A stretch of 64,000 nt of DNA from a bacterium. GTDB lineage: Bacteria > Patescibacteriota > Minisyncoccia > Phycocordibacterales > UBA9973. Under the pieces are notes generated by a model. The model saw only the letters and a list, made by a program, of their open reading frames with translations, did no database searches and was not told the DNA's origin. Below, in pieces: positions 49,401 to 59,135 of this stretch. Within the stretch, counting starts at the first letter, position 1, and each line of letters begins with the position of its first letter. The stretch covers positions 272,892 to 336,891 of the forward strand of contig JBAWZD010000001.1 in assembly GCA_037143195.1 (NCBI GenBank), in the 5' to 3' direction. The position numbers were made by a program, and so were the translations under genes.

Positions 49401-49608
49401 CCACAATGACACCCTTTGTGATAGTTAGCGTTGCACCTGAAGTAATGTGAATGTCGTTTGTGAGCACATAGGGACTTCCTGAGATATCCCATGTTGTGTC
49501 GCTCGTAATATCCGCAGTTACATTTGTAGAGGCACTACTTGCGTGCGGAAAAATAGAAAAACAAATCGTAATAAAAATAAATCCAACTATTTTTTTAAGC
49601 ATATTCAA
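46411..49608 (-). CDS. Large surface protein: signal peptide, right-handed beta-helix region, LCAT/PGAP1-like alpha/beta-hydrolase (lipase) domain, Ig-like region, C-terminal TM anchor
   Basis: N-terminal signal; repetitive beta-helix-type segments; central domain with the IAHSMGG nucleophile elbow (GxSxG) and PYDWR motif typical of LCAT-like lipases; C-terminal hydrophobic helix WMIIVGLLLLACVWYF. Confidence 0.75.
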   Translation of the reverse strand: MNMLKKIVGFIFITICFSIFPHASSASTNVTADITSDTTWDISGSPYVLTNDIHITSGATLTITKGVIVENGLGKRPLDLGFTITSGNLLVQGTSDQRVTFKNLIINGTNASITLSYADVLRVQVLTKSTVDISYGALSSLSLADSSIATVSHTTIDAELASLALAPSYIQGRSILHFDDGVIRNMSPNGNALQTRDNVTVTLTNSLIEADAIGVTVTVDSSVTFEKCTVQHAKKAGIFVEKHPTEPWDNNRLIVHDSVITQNEHGIEIRNAPVQVAISGDSFVGNTIAVDRPDPVPIVIGENWWNSANGPKNTTSNPDGDGEAISDSIVVKSWLKSNPFETKIQSIDAHTPVIIIPGIAGTQLLRSDTHTEVWPNIAEMIRSTSDSFLDYLRLDASGKEQDSHVDLGDIIREYPQVHIFNSLITSFTSRGYVEGKDLFVFPYDWRMSVGQSAQRLQQTITSVLATTGYSDVTLIAHSMGGLVAKQYIANEGDAHIHKLIFLGTPHLGAPKAFTMLEFGDNLGASVLGFNLLNPKRIFALSQNLPSVYDLLPTKTYIDGVGRGLRYVRDLMTTTVSTMHQAYLDYENTKQLLIRSGRNTSLFPQAEDLHTAIDSLHLPESKTYNYSGCGRTKTIGSVTLRKKFSWTSTGRTFVDDYDLGYVNGDDTVPLASSLLDGVQQLFVRGASHSTLPSASGVPESIQAVISGEQNPSSDNVSTDKTTCGVSGTIVSKHSPVRMDIYDTNGNHTGPVSDGTIEYGIDGVTYDEIGEDAFAFLPSGTSYRVTNTATDVGGYDFRVKKIDCYDVVTKEYYFHDIPIALTGVVSRIQIDDALNTPTLVVDAGEGIDGAVYAPSSTVSGSAVDDSVAPISSASFSDTGILTLSASDADSGVLEIEYSIDGGVTWNQYQSSFDASGATVQYFAIDSVGNTEDVKTVTVPEKKEEKHEDTSIAPSNNTTNRNSGSAQLISPPDVPAPTQAITQSVTPIHTLTDTSILVTQSTHMIDSSSKKIANAKHTGTIKEGVNFVETERNDVLRADAQHSGFVVKKWMIIVGLLLLACVWYFIHR

Positions 49609-49775
49609 AAAAAGTGTACCGTATCAATTTTGTTTTGAATACAAAACTGGGGATGTTGGTTTTATGTTTTCTTGACGAACGTATTAGGAAAAATACATCT
49701 AGATTTTGCAACAATAATGATAAGGTTCTTTGGAAAACACGCGAGAGTACGGTTCATATTCTTTCCGTACATGAA

Positions 49776-49805
49776 AAAACTCCCCTTTGCGCGGGAGTTT
49801 TTTCG
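49776..49805. terminator. Palindromic rho-independent terminator downstream of the helicase gene
   Basis: aaaaaactcccctttgcgcgggagtttttt. Confidence 0.75.
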
Positions 49806-49812
49806 TTTCGTT

Positions 49813-51564
49813 CTATTCTTTTTTTTCTTTTTTTGGATACCACGTTTCGTCTTTTTCAATCAGTCCAAGCTTCTCAAGACGTGCGCGGATTGATCCAGGT
49901 TGTCTTCCAAAATCGTGCGAAAGTTGTTTTTGGGAAATGCCTGCATTGAATTGAATGGTAAGTGCGTCATCTTCTGCTTCGTTCCATGGCATGTATGCAT
50001 TCGGATATTTTTTGCGCATTTCAGCGACTCGCTCTGCCCACGTGAGTCCGTCTTCATTCACATTCGGTTCCTTTGGAGTTTTTGATTTTTTCGATTTTTT
50101 TTCCTTTGGTTCTTTTTTTGTACTCGGTACTGACTCAACAAATAGTTTGCCTCCCATACGGAGAACAAATTCTCTTTCCAATGTGTCATGCTCTGCTTTT
50201 GTAAGCTTGGAAAAAATACTCACATTGTCCTCACTGTCAGCTTGCAGTTTGTCATCAAGCGCAAGTACGGCAGGATCCATTTGAAGCGCATTGTCCGCAA
50301 ATCCAACAAGCCGGATACCGGCAAGCGTACGCACACGAGACAACGCAACATATCCCATACCGTAGGTAAATGTCTTAGAGAGATCAATCTCGGCCGAATC
50401 AAGACTCATCCCCTGACTCTTGTGAATTGTAATCGCCCACGCGAGTCGGAGCGGATACTGCGTAATACTCGCTTTGACTCGGCCGTTCTCTTCGACTTCC
50501 CAATCCATTGCTTGTACGGAGAGCCGTTTGCCCGTGGCGTAAATTTCTACGATTGGCTCGCCACGAGAATCAAATCCACGAATCGCTCCGCGTGTTCCGT
50601 TCACGTATCCGGCTTCGTAATTATTTTTGATGAACATGACCTCCGCACCAATTTTGAGTTTGAGTTGTTCGGGAGCAAGACACGATTTCTTGAGTGCGGC
50701 GACGAGTGGGTCGGCACCGGTACCTGCCATGTGAAATTCTTTTGTATCACCGGCAAGTTTTTGGAGTTCAGCATAATTGATCGCGTCAACATCAATATTG
50801 TGTGTATAGAGCTTGGTCGGAAATGCGTTTGAGACCGAAGCATTGAGACGATCTTTGATGAGCGCCTTGTGTGTGTCCTCTACCATATTGGCACGCATCG
50901 CATTGAGAATTTCGAGAAATGTATCATCTTCTTGACGGTGCTGTTCGGTGAGATAGCAAATAGCAGGCTTCATGGCGCGCCATGCACGAGAATGAATGAC
51001 CATATCACTTTCGGGGATTTCTTCTTCTTGGAATTCTACGCCTGTGTCGAAGTCGATGAAGAGTTCGCCTTGAGGCGCGGCAGGCGAAGCCTGCCGCGCA
51101 GTAACCACTCCCGCTCGCGAGACCGGAGGCAGCTGAAAAAAATCCCCCGAGAGGATCACCTGCAATCCTCCAAAAGGTAAATCATTTCGTTTAAATCGCC
51201 GACACACTCGCTCGACCATATCGAGTCGATGCGCATGAAGCATAGATACCTCATCGATAATGAGCACTCGGGCTTTTTCAAACCGTTTCCAGAGATATTG
51301 CTTTTGTTCGAGCATATCCATATCAGCATCGGTCAAAAATTCTCGGATACCGATTCCCGCCCATCCATGGATCGTCTGACCGTTCATGTGCGTGGCTGCA
51401 ATGCCCGTAGACGCGGTAATAGCGACAGAGATGTCTCTTTGCTCAAGCCACTTGATATATTCACGGAGTGTATGCGTTTTGCCCGATCCAGCTGAACCAG
51501 TCAGATAGACATTCACCCCCGTTTTCATAATGGCAAGAGCCTGCGCTTGAGTCATGCCAGCCAT
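49813..51564 (-). CDS. PIF1/RecD-family superfamily-1 helicase with C-terminal HTH-like tail
   Basis: Walker A LTGSAGSGKT, AAA_30/Pif1 motif order (IDEVSM, SGDFFQLPPV, ITIHKSQG); ~110-aa C-terminal extension containing ISQKQLSHDFGRQPGSIRARLEKLGL. Confidence 0.8.
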   Translation of the reverse strand: MAGMTQAQALAIMKTGVNVYLTGSAGSGKTHTLREYIKWLEQRDISVAITASTGIAATHMNGQTIHGWAGIGIREFLTDADMDMLEQKQYLWKRFEKARVLIIDEVSMLHAHRLDMVERVCRRFKRNDLPFGGLQVILSGDFFQLPPVSRAGVVTARQASPAAPQGELFIDFDTGVEFQEEEIPESDMVIHSRAWRAMKPAICYLTEQHRQEDDTFLEILNAMRANMVEDTHKALIKDRLNASVSNAFPTKLYTHNIDVDAINYAELQKLAGDTKEFHMAGTGADPLVAALKKSCLAPEQLKLKIGAEVMFIKNNYEAGYVNGTRGAIRGFDSRGEPIVEIYATGKRLSVQAMDWEVEENGRVKASITQYPLRLAWAITIHKSQGMSLDSAEIDLSKTFTYGMGYVALSRVRTLAGIRLVGFADNALQMDPAVLALDDKLQADSEDNVSIFSKLTKAEHDTLEREFVLRMGGKLFVESVPSTKKEPKEKKSKKSKTPKEPNVNEDGLTWAERVAEMRKKYPNAYMPWNEAEDDALTIQFNAGISQKQLSHDFGRQPGSIRARLEKLGLIEKDETWYPKKEKKE

Positions 51565-51570
51565 TATAAA

Positions 51571-52662
51571 CTAAAACTGCGTCGTATGTGGGGTCCCGAG
51601 ACCCGTAACGTAATCGTACCGTTTTCGAGCCGTACAGTAGAAAATACAAGCCCCGTTTTTCCCGCTCGTAATATCAGTAAAATACTGTCCATTTGTTGTG
51701 AGCATTTTGTCTTTATAAAAATTTGTATTTGATGCGCCGCTTCCAAGAGTCGCAAGTGCTGCCCACTGCGGAGCCCCCGCCGAAGTCCCTCCGACCGTCC
51801 TCCAGAGACCTGCATGCACAATGGGAAATCCTGTCCTCGGATCAGCGTCGTACGCAACATCTGGAATCGCACGCATACCCATTGATTTTAAAATTGAATA
51901 CCCAATTTGATATGGTGGAGCTTTTTCATATGCGCTTATTCCTCCGCCACTTCCTCGCCATGCGGTTTCTGCATGAGGTTTTTGCATTCGGTCAAAGATG
52001 ATTGTCGTTCCACCAACAGCAACAACATTCGGTGACGAAGCTGGCCACGACACACCCGCACCATTGTCGCCCGAAGCCGCGAAATAGACTGCTCCACTTA
52101 CATTTACAAAATGTGAATCAAGCGAAACCTCTTCGGGGAACTCTTGTCCGCCCCAACTCATTGAGACAGACGAAACATCTCGCCGAGTAGAAACGTAATC
52201 GAGCGCATCGAGAAAATTCGCCCCAGATGGAGTCGTCGCCGACACAAGCAAAATATGTGCATTCGGTGCAATCGCATGTGCCCATTCAACGTCGAGCGCT
52301 GTTTCAAGTGCCCAACCGGTATCAGACTTCACCTGTGCACTCATTCGGTGCACTTCAAGACATCCATTTTTGGTGGTACATGCAGGTAAGGAAAATTGTG
52401 TATCAAAGTCTGCGAGATCTTTCTCAATTGAAGCATTCGTATATGCACCAATGATTGCGATTGTTCCGTGACCACCGCTCGACGGCAAATGATAGAGTGA
52501 TTTTATCTCATCAGGTGTAACACCACTCGGTTTTGATCCTGTGCTTTTGTACACATGGATCGGTGGCCGACCAACATAATTGGCAAAATGATACGATGCC
52601 TCACTCGAAGATATTGGTATTAATCCAAGCACAATACTCATGACAAAGAATTTGATTTTCAT
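51571..52662 (-). CDS. Secreted S8/S53-family serine peptidase
   Basis: Signal peptide; SGDNG and GGTSAGAPQWAA (Ser nucleophile in GTSxAxP context); WGGQE block resembling sedolisin-type enzymes. Confidence 0.65.
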   Translation of the reverse strand: MKIKFFVMSIVLGLIPISSSEASYHFANYVGRPPIHVYKSTGSKPSGVTPDEIKSLYHLPSSGGHGTIAIIGAYTNASIEKDLADFDTQFSLPACTTKNGCLEVHRMSAQVKSDTGWALETALDVEWAHAIAPNAHILLVSATTPSGANFLDALDYVSTRRDVSSVSMSWGGQEFPEEVSLDSHFVNVSGAVYFAASGDNGAGVSWPASSPNVVAVGGTTIIFDRMQKPHAETAWRGSGGGISAYEKAPPYQIGYSILKSMGMRAIPDVAYDADPRTGFPIVHAGLWRTVGGTSAGAPQWAALATLGSGASNTNFYKDKMLTTNGQYFTDITSGKNGACIFYCTARKRYDYVTGLGTPHTTQF

Positions 52663-52940
52663 ATCCTGAGTATAAATTTAAAAATCAAAATCTGACAAGA
52701 AAAATCGTGGACAAGTTTTTGCAAAGAAAAAGATAATAAAATAAAAAGTAGCGACGGAGGTAAAAACCCTAGTCGCTACTAGCCTCTTGTGAGGCTTTAC
52801 ATTTTTGGCTATGGAATTAAAGAAACAGGCAGCCTACCCATGCCAGGCTAAACCAAAAACCTTCTGCACTTACAGACAACCTCTTTAATTCATAGGCACT
52901 CTACTAATAAACAGCACGAGAGTCAATTCTCGTCGAAAAA

Positions 52941-52970
52941 GGCCCCGCGTACGCGGGGCCTTTTTCTCCT
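52941..52970 (-). terminator. Rho-independent terminator downstream of dnaK
   Basis: aaaaaggccccgcgtacgcggggccttttt, 10 nt after the dnaK stop. Confidence 0.8.
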
Positions 52971-52979
52971 CACAAAATG

Positions 52980-54866
52980 TTATTTCGTTTCAGCATCCTG
53001 CACATTCTCTCCATTCACCTCTGGATTCTGAGGTTCTGCAGTCGTGCCTGTCTCTGGTGTAGCTCCAGCTTTTTGCATCGCTTCACCGATCTTCATCATT
53101 TCAGTCGAGAGTTCTTCTGTCGCTTTTTTGATACCCTCAACATCACTTGAATCCTTGGCTGTACGGAGACTTGCAATCTTCGCCTCAACACCAGACTTCA
53201 CGTCAGCCGATACTTTGTCGCCAGCATCTTTGAGCGCTTTTTCGGCAGTGAAGATCGTCATTTCAGCAGTATTCTTCACGTCAGCTGTTTCCTTTTTCTT
53301 CGCATCTTCATCAGCATGAAGCTCGGCATCTTTTTGCATTTTTGCAATATCTTCTTTTGAGAGACCTGAACTTGCTTCGATGCGAATACTCTGACTCTTG
53401 CCTGAAGCTTTGTCCTTCGCTGTTACAGAAAGAATTCCGTTTGCATCAACATCGAAAGTGACTTCGACTTGTGGCATACCACGTGGTGCTGGTGGAATAC
53501 CTTCGAGAACGAATCGGCCGAGTGATTTGTTGTCGGCCGCCATTGGACGCTCACCTTGTGAAATATGAATCTCGACACTTGTCTGATTGTCGGCAGCCGT
53601 TGAGAATACTTGAGACTTCTGTGTTGGGATTGTAGTGTTTTTCTCAATGAGCTTTGTTTCGACACCTCCGAGTGTTTCAATACCAAGAGAAAGTGGAATC
53701 ACATCAAGGAGAAGCACGTCACGCACGTCACCTTTGAGCACTCCACCTTGCACTGCAGCTCCGAGTGCCACGACTTCATCTGGGTTCACGCCCATGTGTG
53801 GCTTCTTCTGGAAGAATTTTTCCACCTCAGCCTGAAGTGCTGGCATACGAGTCTGACCTCCGACAAGAATCACTTCATTGATTTCAGTGACTTTGAATGG
53901 ACTTGCTTCGACTGCACGCTTGGTAATCATCATTGCGCGATCGATAAATTCACGAGTGAGATCTTCGAGTTCTGCGCGCTTCATTGTGCGAACGAGGTGG
54001 AGTGGTCCAGCCTCACCGCTCGTGATGAATGGAATATTGATTTCAGATTCGATTGCAGTTGAGAGTTCAATCTTTGCTTTTTCTGCGGCATCATCGAGAC
54101 GCTGACGAGCAAGTGGATCTTTGCGGAGGTCGATACCATTTTCTTTCTGGAATCCTTCTGCAAGCCAGTTCATAATCTTCTGGTCGATATCTTTTCCTCC
54201 AAGGTGAGAGTCTCCATCAGTCGACTTCACTTCAATAACATCATCACCAACTTCGAGAATCGAAACATCGAATGTTCCTCCTCCGAAATCGAAGACTGCA
54301 ATCTTTTCATTTTTGTTTTTGTTGAATCCGTACGCGAGTGCAGCTGCTGTCGGTTCGTTGATGATACGCTTTACATCGAGACCGGCAATCTTACCTGCAT
54401 CCTTCGTGGCCTGACGCTGTGAGTCGTTGAAATATGCGGGAACGGTGATGACAGCTTCAGTGATTGTTTCGCCAAGACGAGCTTCAGCATCAGCTTTGAT
54501 TTTTTGCAAAATCATTGCGCTGATTTCTTCTGGGCGAAGCCACTTGTCTGCCATCTTCACTTCGATACCACCATTAGTACTTTTGCGAACTTCAAATGGC
54601 ACACTCTGAATATCCTTCTGAACATCAGCTTCATCGAAATTGTGTCCGATAAAACGCTTGATCTGATAGATCGTGTTTTTTGGATTCGTGATACTCTGGC
54701 GCTTTGCCGTAATACCCACGAGTCGGTCGCCATTCTTGCCCTCGGCAATGATTGACGGAGTCGTGCGCTGACCTTCAGCGTTCTCAATGATCTTTGGCTC
54801 ACCACCTTCGATGACGGCGAACGCACTGTTTGTTGTACCCAAGTCGATACCAATGATTTTTGACAT
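52980..54866 (-). CDS. dnaK: Molecular chaperone DnaK (Hsp70)
   Basis: [18 protein letters not shown], Hsp70 signatures along the full length; 628 aa. Confidence 0.95.
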   Translation of the reverse strand: MSKIIGIDLGTTNSAFAVIEGGEPKIIENAEGQRTTPSIIAEGKNGDRLVGITAKRQSITNPKNTIYQIKRFIGHNFDEADVQKDIQSVPFEVRKSTNGGIEVKMADKWLRPEEISAMILQKIKADAEARLGETITEAVITVPAYFNDSQRQATKDAGKIAGLDVKRIINEPTAAALAYGFNKNKNEKIAVFDFGGGTFDVSILEVGDDVIEVKSTDGDSHLGGKDIDQKIMNWLAEGFQKENGIDLRKDPLARQRLDDAAEKAKIELSTAIESEINIPFITSGEAGPLHLVRTMKRAELEDLTREFIDRAMMITKRAVEASPFKVTEINEVILVGGQTRMPALQAEVEKFFQKKPHMGVNPDEVVALGAAVQGGVLKGDVRDVLLLDVIPLSLGIETLGGVETKLIEKNTTIPTQKSQVFSTAADNQTSVEIHISQGERPMAADNKSLGRFVLEGIPPAPRGMPQVEVTFDVDANGILSVTAKDKASGKSQSIRIEASSGLSKEDIAKMQKDAELHADEDAKKKETADVKNTAEMTIFTAEKALKDAGDKVSADVKSGVEAKIASLRTAKDSSDVEGIKKATEELSTEMMKIGEAMQKAGATPETGTTAEPQNPEVNGENVQDAETK

Positions 54867-55005
54867 ATTTTTTATTAATTATTAATAATTTGTAACAAAA
54901 TAAATTCGAACTCGCTGATTATATACTCCCCGTCAAATTTTGACAAGTTTTTAGCGACCGCGAAATCTATGTTGAAATATACGTAGGATATGCTAAGATT
55001 GGTGC

Positions 55006-55533
55006 ATGGCAAAAAAGGCTGATTTTTCAAAGAAAATCCTCAATTCCCTCTCTGGCAAGAAGGCGGTCAGTATTCCTGAGCTCAAGGCCGGTTTTAAGCC
55101 GACTTCAGAAGAGGCATATGCCGTAACGCGCAGTATCAAAAATCTCGCTTCTACGGGGCTTATAGAAACGCACGAAGCGGGTCAAAATGACTTCGCTCGC
55201 CTCACCCAAAAGGGCAAGCAAAAAGTCGCCGCCCTCAAGCTCGATAGCTCAAATTCCCTTGCCAATCCAAACTGGGATGGCAAATGGCGCATCATTCTCC
55301 TCGACCTTCCAGAGACACGCAAAGCTGAGCGCGAGAGCTTGCGCTACCTGCTCAAAAAAGCCGGATTTACCCGTCTCAAAAACTCAGCGTGGGTCTCCCC
55401 ATTCCCGTTCGAATTCCTCTTCCAAAACCTTAAGCAAGATTTTGGCCTCACCACAGAACTCATGATCATCGTCACGAGTTCACTTGATGCCGAGACAGAG
55501 GCAGAGCTCAAACAATTCTATTTAATGCACTAG
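55006..55533 (+). CDS. PaaX-like winged-helix regulator (putative)
   Basis: C-terminal WDGKWRIILLDLPE..R..R..LR..L...GF..L..S.W resembles the PaaX C-terminal domain; N-terminal wHTH-like segment. Confidence 0.45.
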   Translation: MAKKADFSKKILNSLSGKKAVSIPELKAGFKPTSEEAYAVTRSIKNLASTGLIETHEAGQNDFARLTQKGKQKVAALKLDSSNSLANPNWDGKWRIILLDLPETRKAERESLRYLLKKAGFTRLKNSAWVSPFPFEFLFQNLKQDFGLTTELMIIVTSSLDAETEAELKQFYLMH

Positions 55534-55874
55534 TTTTCGCTTTCAAATACGACAGCAGGACGAGTCTCGACTGTATACATGCGATCCCAAAATTGCTTCA
55601 TGAGTTTGTCTTGGAATTTGTAAAAATCGGCACCAGAAATACTTGGATCTTCTGAGCTAAAAATCGCATCAAAATACTCATAGACTTCGTCGAATTTGCT
55701 GTCGAACAACTCAGGGTGAGCATCGAAAACACGCTTCATCGCGCGAAAAATATCGCCGTATTGTTTGAACTTAAACAGTTCACTCATTTTTTTGAACGCG
55801 CGGTCATCGCTATACGGAGCCATTTCCATTGCGACCTGAGCGGCACCTGATTCGTTTGTGTTGTTTGTATCCAT
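55530..55874 (-). CDS. Hypothetical protein (start uncertain; ORF extends to 56054)
   Basis: Probable start at the MDTNNTN Met; helical, acidic. Confidence 0.35.
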   Translation of the reverse strand: MDTNNTNESGAAQVAMEMAPYSDDRAFKKMSELFKFKQYGDIFRAMKRVFDAHPELFDSKFDEVYEYFDAIFSSEDPSISGADFYKFQDKLMKQFWDRMYTVETRPAVVFESEN

Positions 55875-56331
55875 TACCCTATTATTGCACATCTTTTGTT
55901 TGCGTGGTAGAACTACACAAACCAAAAATTTTATTCCTATGTGTGAGCTTAAAAATGATATCCTTCTGCAATTAGCAAACGGAACAATACTAGAGATAAC
56001 ATTGCTAAAGCAAGATGTCCAAATTATTTTTGGACTCGGTACAACCACAGACAAAAGTGAGTCCTATGCAGTACAAATGAAAATTTGTAAAACGCAAGTA
56101 GAAATTATACTCATGCAAAGTATATTTTTGCATGGAGACTACAGAATCGACCACCATGTTTGCATCTTCAAAGGTTGTCCTTGGGAATCAAAGGATCTCT
56201 ACGGAGCACAACGAACAAACTACCGTGCTGTGGGTTCTTGTAAGTACACACTCGTCAGTGTTGGAAAAATGATTCCATTCGATATGTAAGAGGGAGCGAC
56301 AACGCTATATGTTGTCGCTCCCTTTTAACAT

Positions 56332-56934
56332 CTATTCCGTTGTATGTGCGTACACCTTCACACGAGCAGGACGAATAACGCGGTCACGCATCTTGTATCC
56401 TTTTTGCATCACAGCCGCGACGGTATGTTCTTTCGCAACTTCATTTGTCGGAACGGTATCAATCAAGTCGTGAATATTTGAATCTGCGAGGTCACCTTCC
56501 TTCGGCGCGATTTCAGTCACCCCATTGTCGAGCAATACTTTCACGAGTTGCTGTTGAATATATTCAACACCCATTCGCCAACTCTTGTCGACTTTTTCCC
56601 ACGCCTCTTTGTTTGCAAACGCCATGTCGTACGCATCGAGCACGGGAAGCAATTCTTCAGTGAATTGTTCACGAGCGAAATCAAGTGTCTGCTTTTTACG
56701 CTCGTCCTCGCCTTTTTTGTAGTTGATAAAATCAGCGCGTTCCTTTTGCCAGTTGGTCAGATAGTCGGCTTTTTCTGTTTGCGCCGTCTTTAAATCAGCA
56801 CGGAGTTTTTTGATTTTGTCGGCAGACAATGCCTCGCCTTCCCCTTCGGCCGTCTCTTCAAACACGACGTCGTCGATTGGTGCGCCGTCATTGTTCTCAT
56901 CCATTGGTTGTGTTGTTTGATCAGTATCTTTCAT
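56332..56934 (-). CDS. grpE: Nucleotide exchange factor GrpE
   Basis: Acidic N-terminus, long coiled-coil (LKTAQTEKADYLTNWQKERADF), C-terminal beta-domain; 200 aa. Confidence 0.85.
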   Translation of the reverse strand: MKDTDQTTQPMDENNDGAPIDDVVFEETAEGEGEALSADKIKKLRADLKTAQTEKADYLTNWQKERADFINYKKGEDERKKQTLDFAREQFTEELLPVLDAYDMAFANKEAWEKVDKSWRMGVEYIQQQLVKVLLDNGVTEIAPKEGDLADSNIHDLIDTVPTNEVAKEHTVAAVMQKGYKMRDRVIRPARVKVYAHTTE

Positions 56935-56994
56935 GCGCCTATTCTATACGTCTCGTAATTTTTTACAAGTTGACACGAAGCATATTCACCTCGT

Positions 56995-57621
56995 TTATTT
57001 CCATGCTTGGAAATATGGAGCGACAACATTCACGAATGGAGAATTCGCAAAGAAGATAACAAGATATAAGAGAATAAATATGAGGGGGACATTTTTTTCG
57101 ACGAGCGAGAGCGGATAGTATTCACTTGGCTTCTTGCCACGACCGAGAATCTCCCATTCCGTCTCAAAGAGCGCGGCCGGAAGTTTGCGTTCGAGACGGT
57201 GAATCACGCGGAATTTCGCCTTCGCGAGCTGACGATATGATTGCATTGCCTGCCACCACGATCGACAGATGACAATGCCGATGAAGGGCACGATAGTGAA
57301 GATGAGCGTCGTAGAGTGCGCGACTTCTTTGGTCTCGATATATCCGAGCACGGCCATAATGGCAGTATTGATACCAAGAAAGAATTCGTTTGATTGCTGA
57401 CGACGTTCGGCCGTGTTGCCGAGCACGCGCAAATAGATTCGATACTGTTCGAGATAGTGACGAATGTAGAGATTCGGATATGTTTCCTTGTGTTCGGTTT
57501 GTTCACCAACGAGAAGCTGATCGATTTTTTCATTCGAAATCATACATATAGTATATATCAATGTAGTTTGGCTTAAGCATTGACGATTCATCAATATTGT
57601 TTTAAATTGATGACAAACCAA
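56995..57621 (-). CDS. Hypothetical membrane protein
   Basis: 208 aa with 4 hydrophobic helices. Confidence 0.4.
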   Translation of the reverse strand: MVCHQFKTILMNRQCLSQTTLIYTICMISNEKIDQLLVGEQTEHKETYPNLYIRHYLEQYRIYLRVLGNTAERRQQSNEFFLGINTAIMAVLGYIETKEVAHSTTLIFTIVPFIGIVICRSWWQAMQSYRQLAKAKFRVIHRLERKLPAALFETEWEILGRGKKPSEYYPLSLVEKNVPLIFILLYLVIFFANSPFVNVVAPYFQAWK

Positions 57622-58116
57622 AAAAAAATTATGTCACAACCAAAAATTGATCAGTTATTCCCACCACTCGTAGGGGAAGGCCATGCGGCCAAATTAAAAA
57701 TGTATTCTCTAACAAGCGACGAGGTGGTCGCTCAAATGGGAACATATCCCAAAAAAAAGGATGGGGATATGATTATTGGGACCATCCCCCCAACACTAGC
57801 GATCTTGGAAACAAGGTACGTGAAAGATGTCAAAAGAATCAATGAGCTTAAGACGCTCCAACTCAGAGCAGAACTAAACCAGGAATATAGTACTGGAACG
57901 CTTTATACGGAGGAAGCAGCGATTATCATCGCGAAAATCAGCATAATTAAAATGAAATTTAATGCTCTTTCGGAGCAATTTTATTCAACGTATAATTTTC
58001 ACGCACTATCGTTAAGAGTAAACGGTATGGTCGTAGAAGTTGCACTTGAAAAAGAACCAATTGATAATGATGCGGAAATATCGATCGTTTTCCCGCCAAG
58101 CCTATTCCCAAGATAA
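57580..58116 (+). CDS. Hypothetical protein
   Basis: 178-aa ORF followed by a hairpin plus T-run at 58131-58166. Confidence 0.4.
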   Translation: MTIHQYCFKLMTNQKKIMSQPKIDQLFPPLVGEGHAAKLKMYSLTSDEVVAQMGTYPKKKDGDMIIGTIPPTLAILETRYVKDVKRINELKTLQLRAELNQEYSTGTLYTEEAAIIIAKISIIKMKFNALSEQFYSTYNFHALSLRVNGMVVEVALEKEPIDNDAEISIVFPPSLFPR

Positions 58117-58265
58117 TTAAAAACAAATTTATAAAAAATACCCAGCGCAATGTTGGGTATTTTTTATACCCAATTCCCTCTTTCAATTTTAACAACGAAG
58201 CACGGCACGCGGACAGATTTGACAATTCATCACTTTAATTTTAATGTGTCCACAAAACCAAAAAG

Positions 58266-58682
58266 ATGGAAAAGATAATGATTTCATATTTACAAGCTGC
58301 TGCTCTTGTAAATAATGAGGCTACAATCGATAATCTCATTGCTCCCCCGGAGCAAATTGATTTAACGAAATACTATCTTTCCCACAAACCAGACAATGGG
58401 GTGTATGTGGGAAAAATTGAGCAAGAAATCGCTCTTCATTTTTGGTGGGCTCATTTCTACGAAAGAGTCACCAAGGGGTTGACCCACCACTTGCTGAAAG
58501 ACTCAACACTAACGTTGAGCAAAGAATGGCTCGCTCGAATTCATTACCTAATTGATGAAGCAAGTCTACTTCATCAAAAAGCAATGAACGAGGCATTCAC
58601 AATGCTCGACGAAGCCTACCCTGAGATGGTAGGCAAAACAATTCTCCTTTATCCTGATAATTATTTCCGAGTAAAGGAATAA
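58266..58682 (+). CDS. Hypothetical protein
   Basis: 138-aa ORF followed by the terminator ttgccacccc...ggggtggcaatttttt (58690-58727). Confidence 0.4.
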   Translation: MEKIMISYLQAAALVNNEATIDNLIAPPEQIDLTKYYLSHKPDNGVYVGKIEQEIALHFWWAHFYERVTKGLTHHLLKDSTLTLSKEWLARIHYLIDEASLLHQKAMNEAFTMLDEAYPEMVGKTILLYPDNYFRVKE

Positions 58683-58876
58683 CAAAATTGCCACCCTCCT
58701 ATAAACCTTGGGGTGGCAATTTTTTCGTCCAAAACACCCTATATTTGAGAGATATTTCGCTCCTTGACTTTTTATACGACTGGTGATATAATTCTCTTTG
58801 CAAAGAAGTTGGGTTCGAAAGGAGTCGATTTGAAGAGCAGACTACATTTGTATTTAGAAGTTTAAACAAAACACCA

Positions 58877-59083
58877 ATGACTGGAATAATCAAAAAGCTC
58901 ACTGACAAAGGTTTCGGTTTCATCTCAGCAGAAGGACTTGCTAAGGATATTTTCTTCCACAGCAAGAACCTCGTAGGCGTCGCTTTCGACGACCTTCGCG
59001 AAGGAGAGACTGTATCATTTGAAGTTGAAGATTCACCAAAGGGACAGAACGCTGTAAACGTACAGCTCGTCCAGAACGCGTAA
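58877..59083 (+). CDS. cspA: Cold-shock protein (CspA family)
   Basis: 68 aa, RNP1 KGFGFI and RNP2-like FFH motifs. Confidence 0.9.
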   Translation: MTGIIKKLTDKGFGFISAEGLAKDIFFHSKNLVGVAFDDLREGETVSFEVEDSPKGQNAVNVQLVQNA

Positions 59084-59099
59084 TCTTTGAGCAATCAAA

Positions 59100-59135
59100 A
59101 ACAAAAGCCGCCCCGTTGGGGCGGCTTTTGTTTTT
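59100..59135 (+). terminator. Rho-independent terminator after cspA
   Basis: aaaacaaaagccgccccgttggggcggcttttgtttttgt. Confidence 0.8.

Noticed and set aside
49614-49949. 111-aa and neighbouring ORFs in the helicase/surface-protein spacer
   Set aside because: The region is AT-rich promoter/terminator DNA (it contains the aaaaaactcccctttgcgcgggagtttttt hairpin). The ORFs are low-complexity (poly-F/K) translations.
52790-52940. SRP (4.5S) RNA identity for the dnaK-downstream structured region
   Set aside because: I could not find the conserved domain IV features (GGAA/GNRA-capped helix with the AGCAG/CAGG symmetric loop), so I report it only as an unclassified candidate sRNA.
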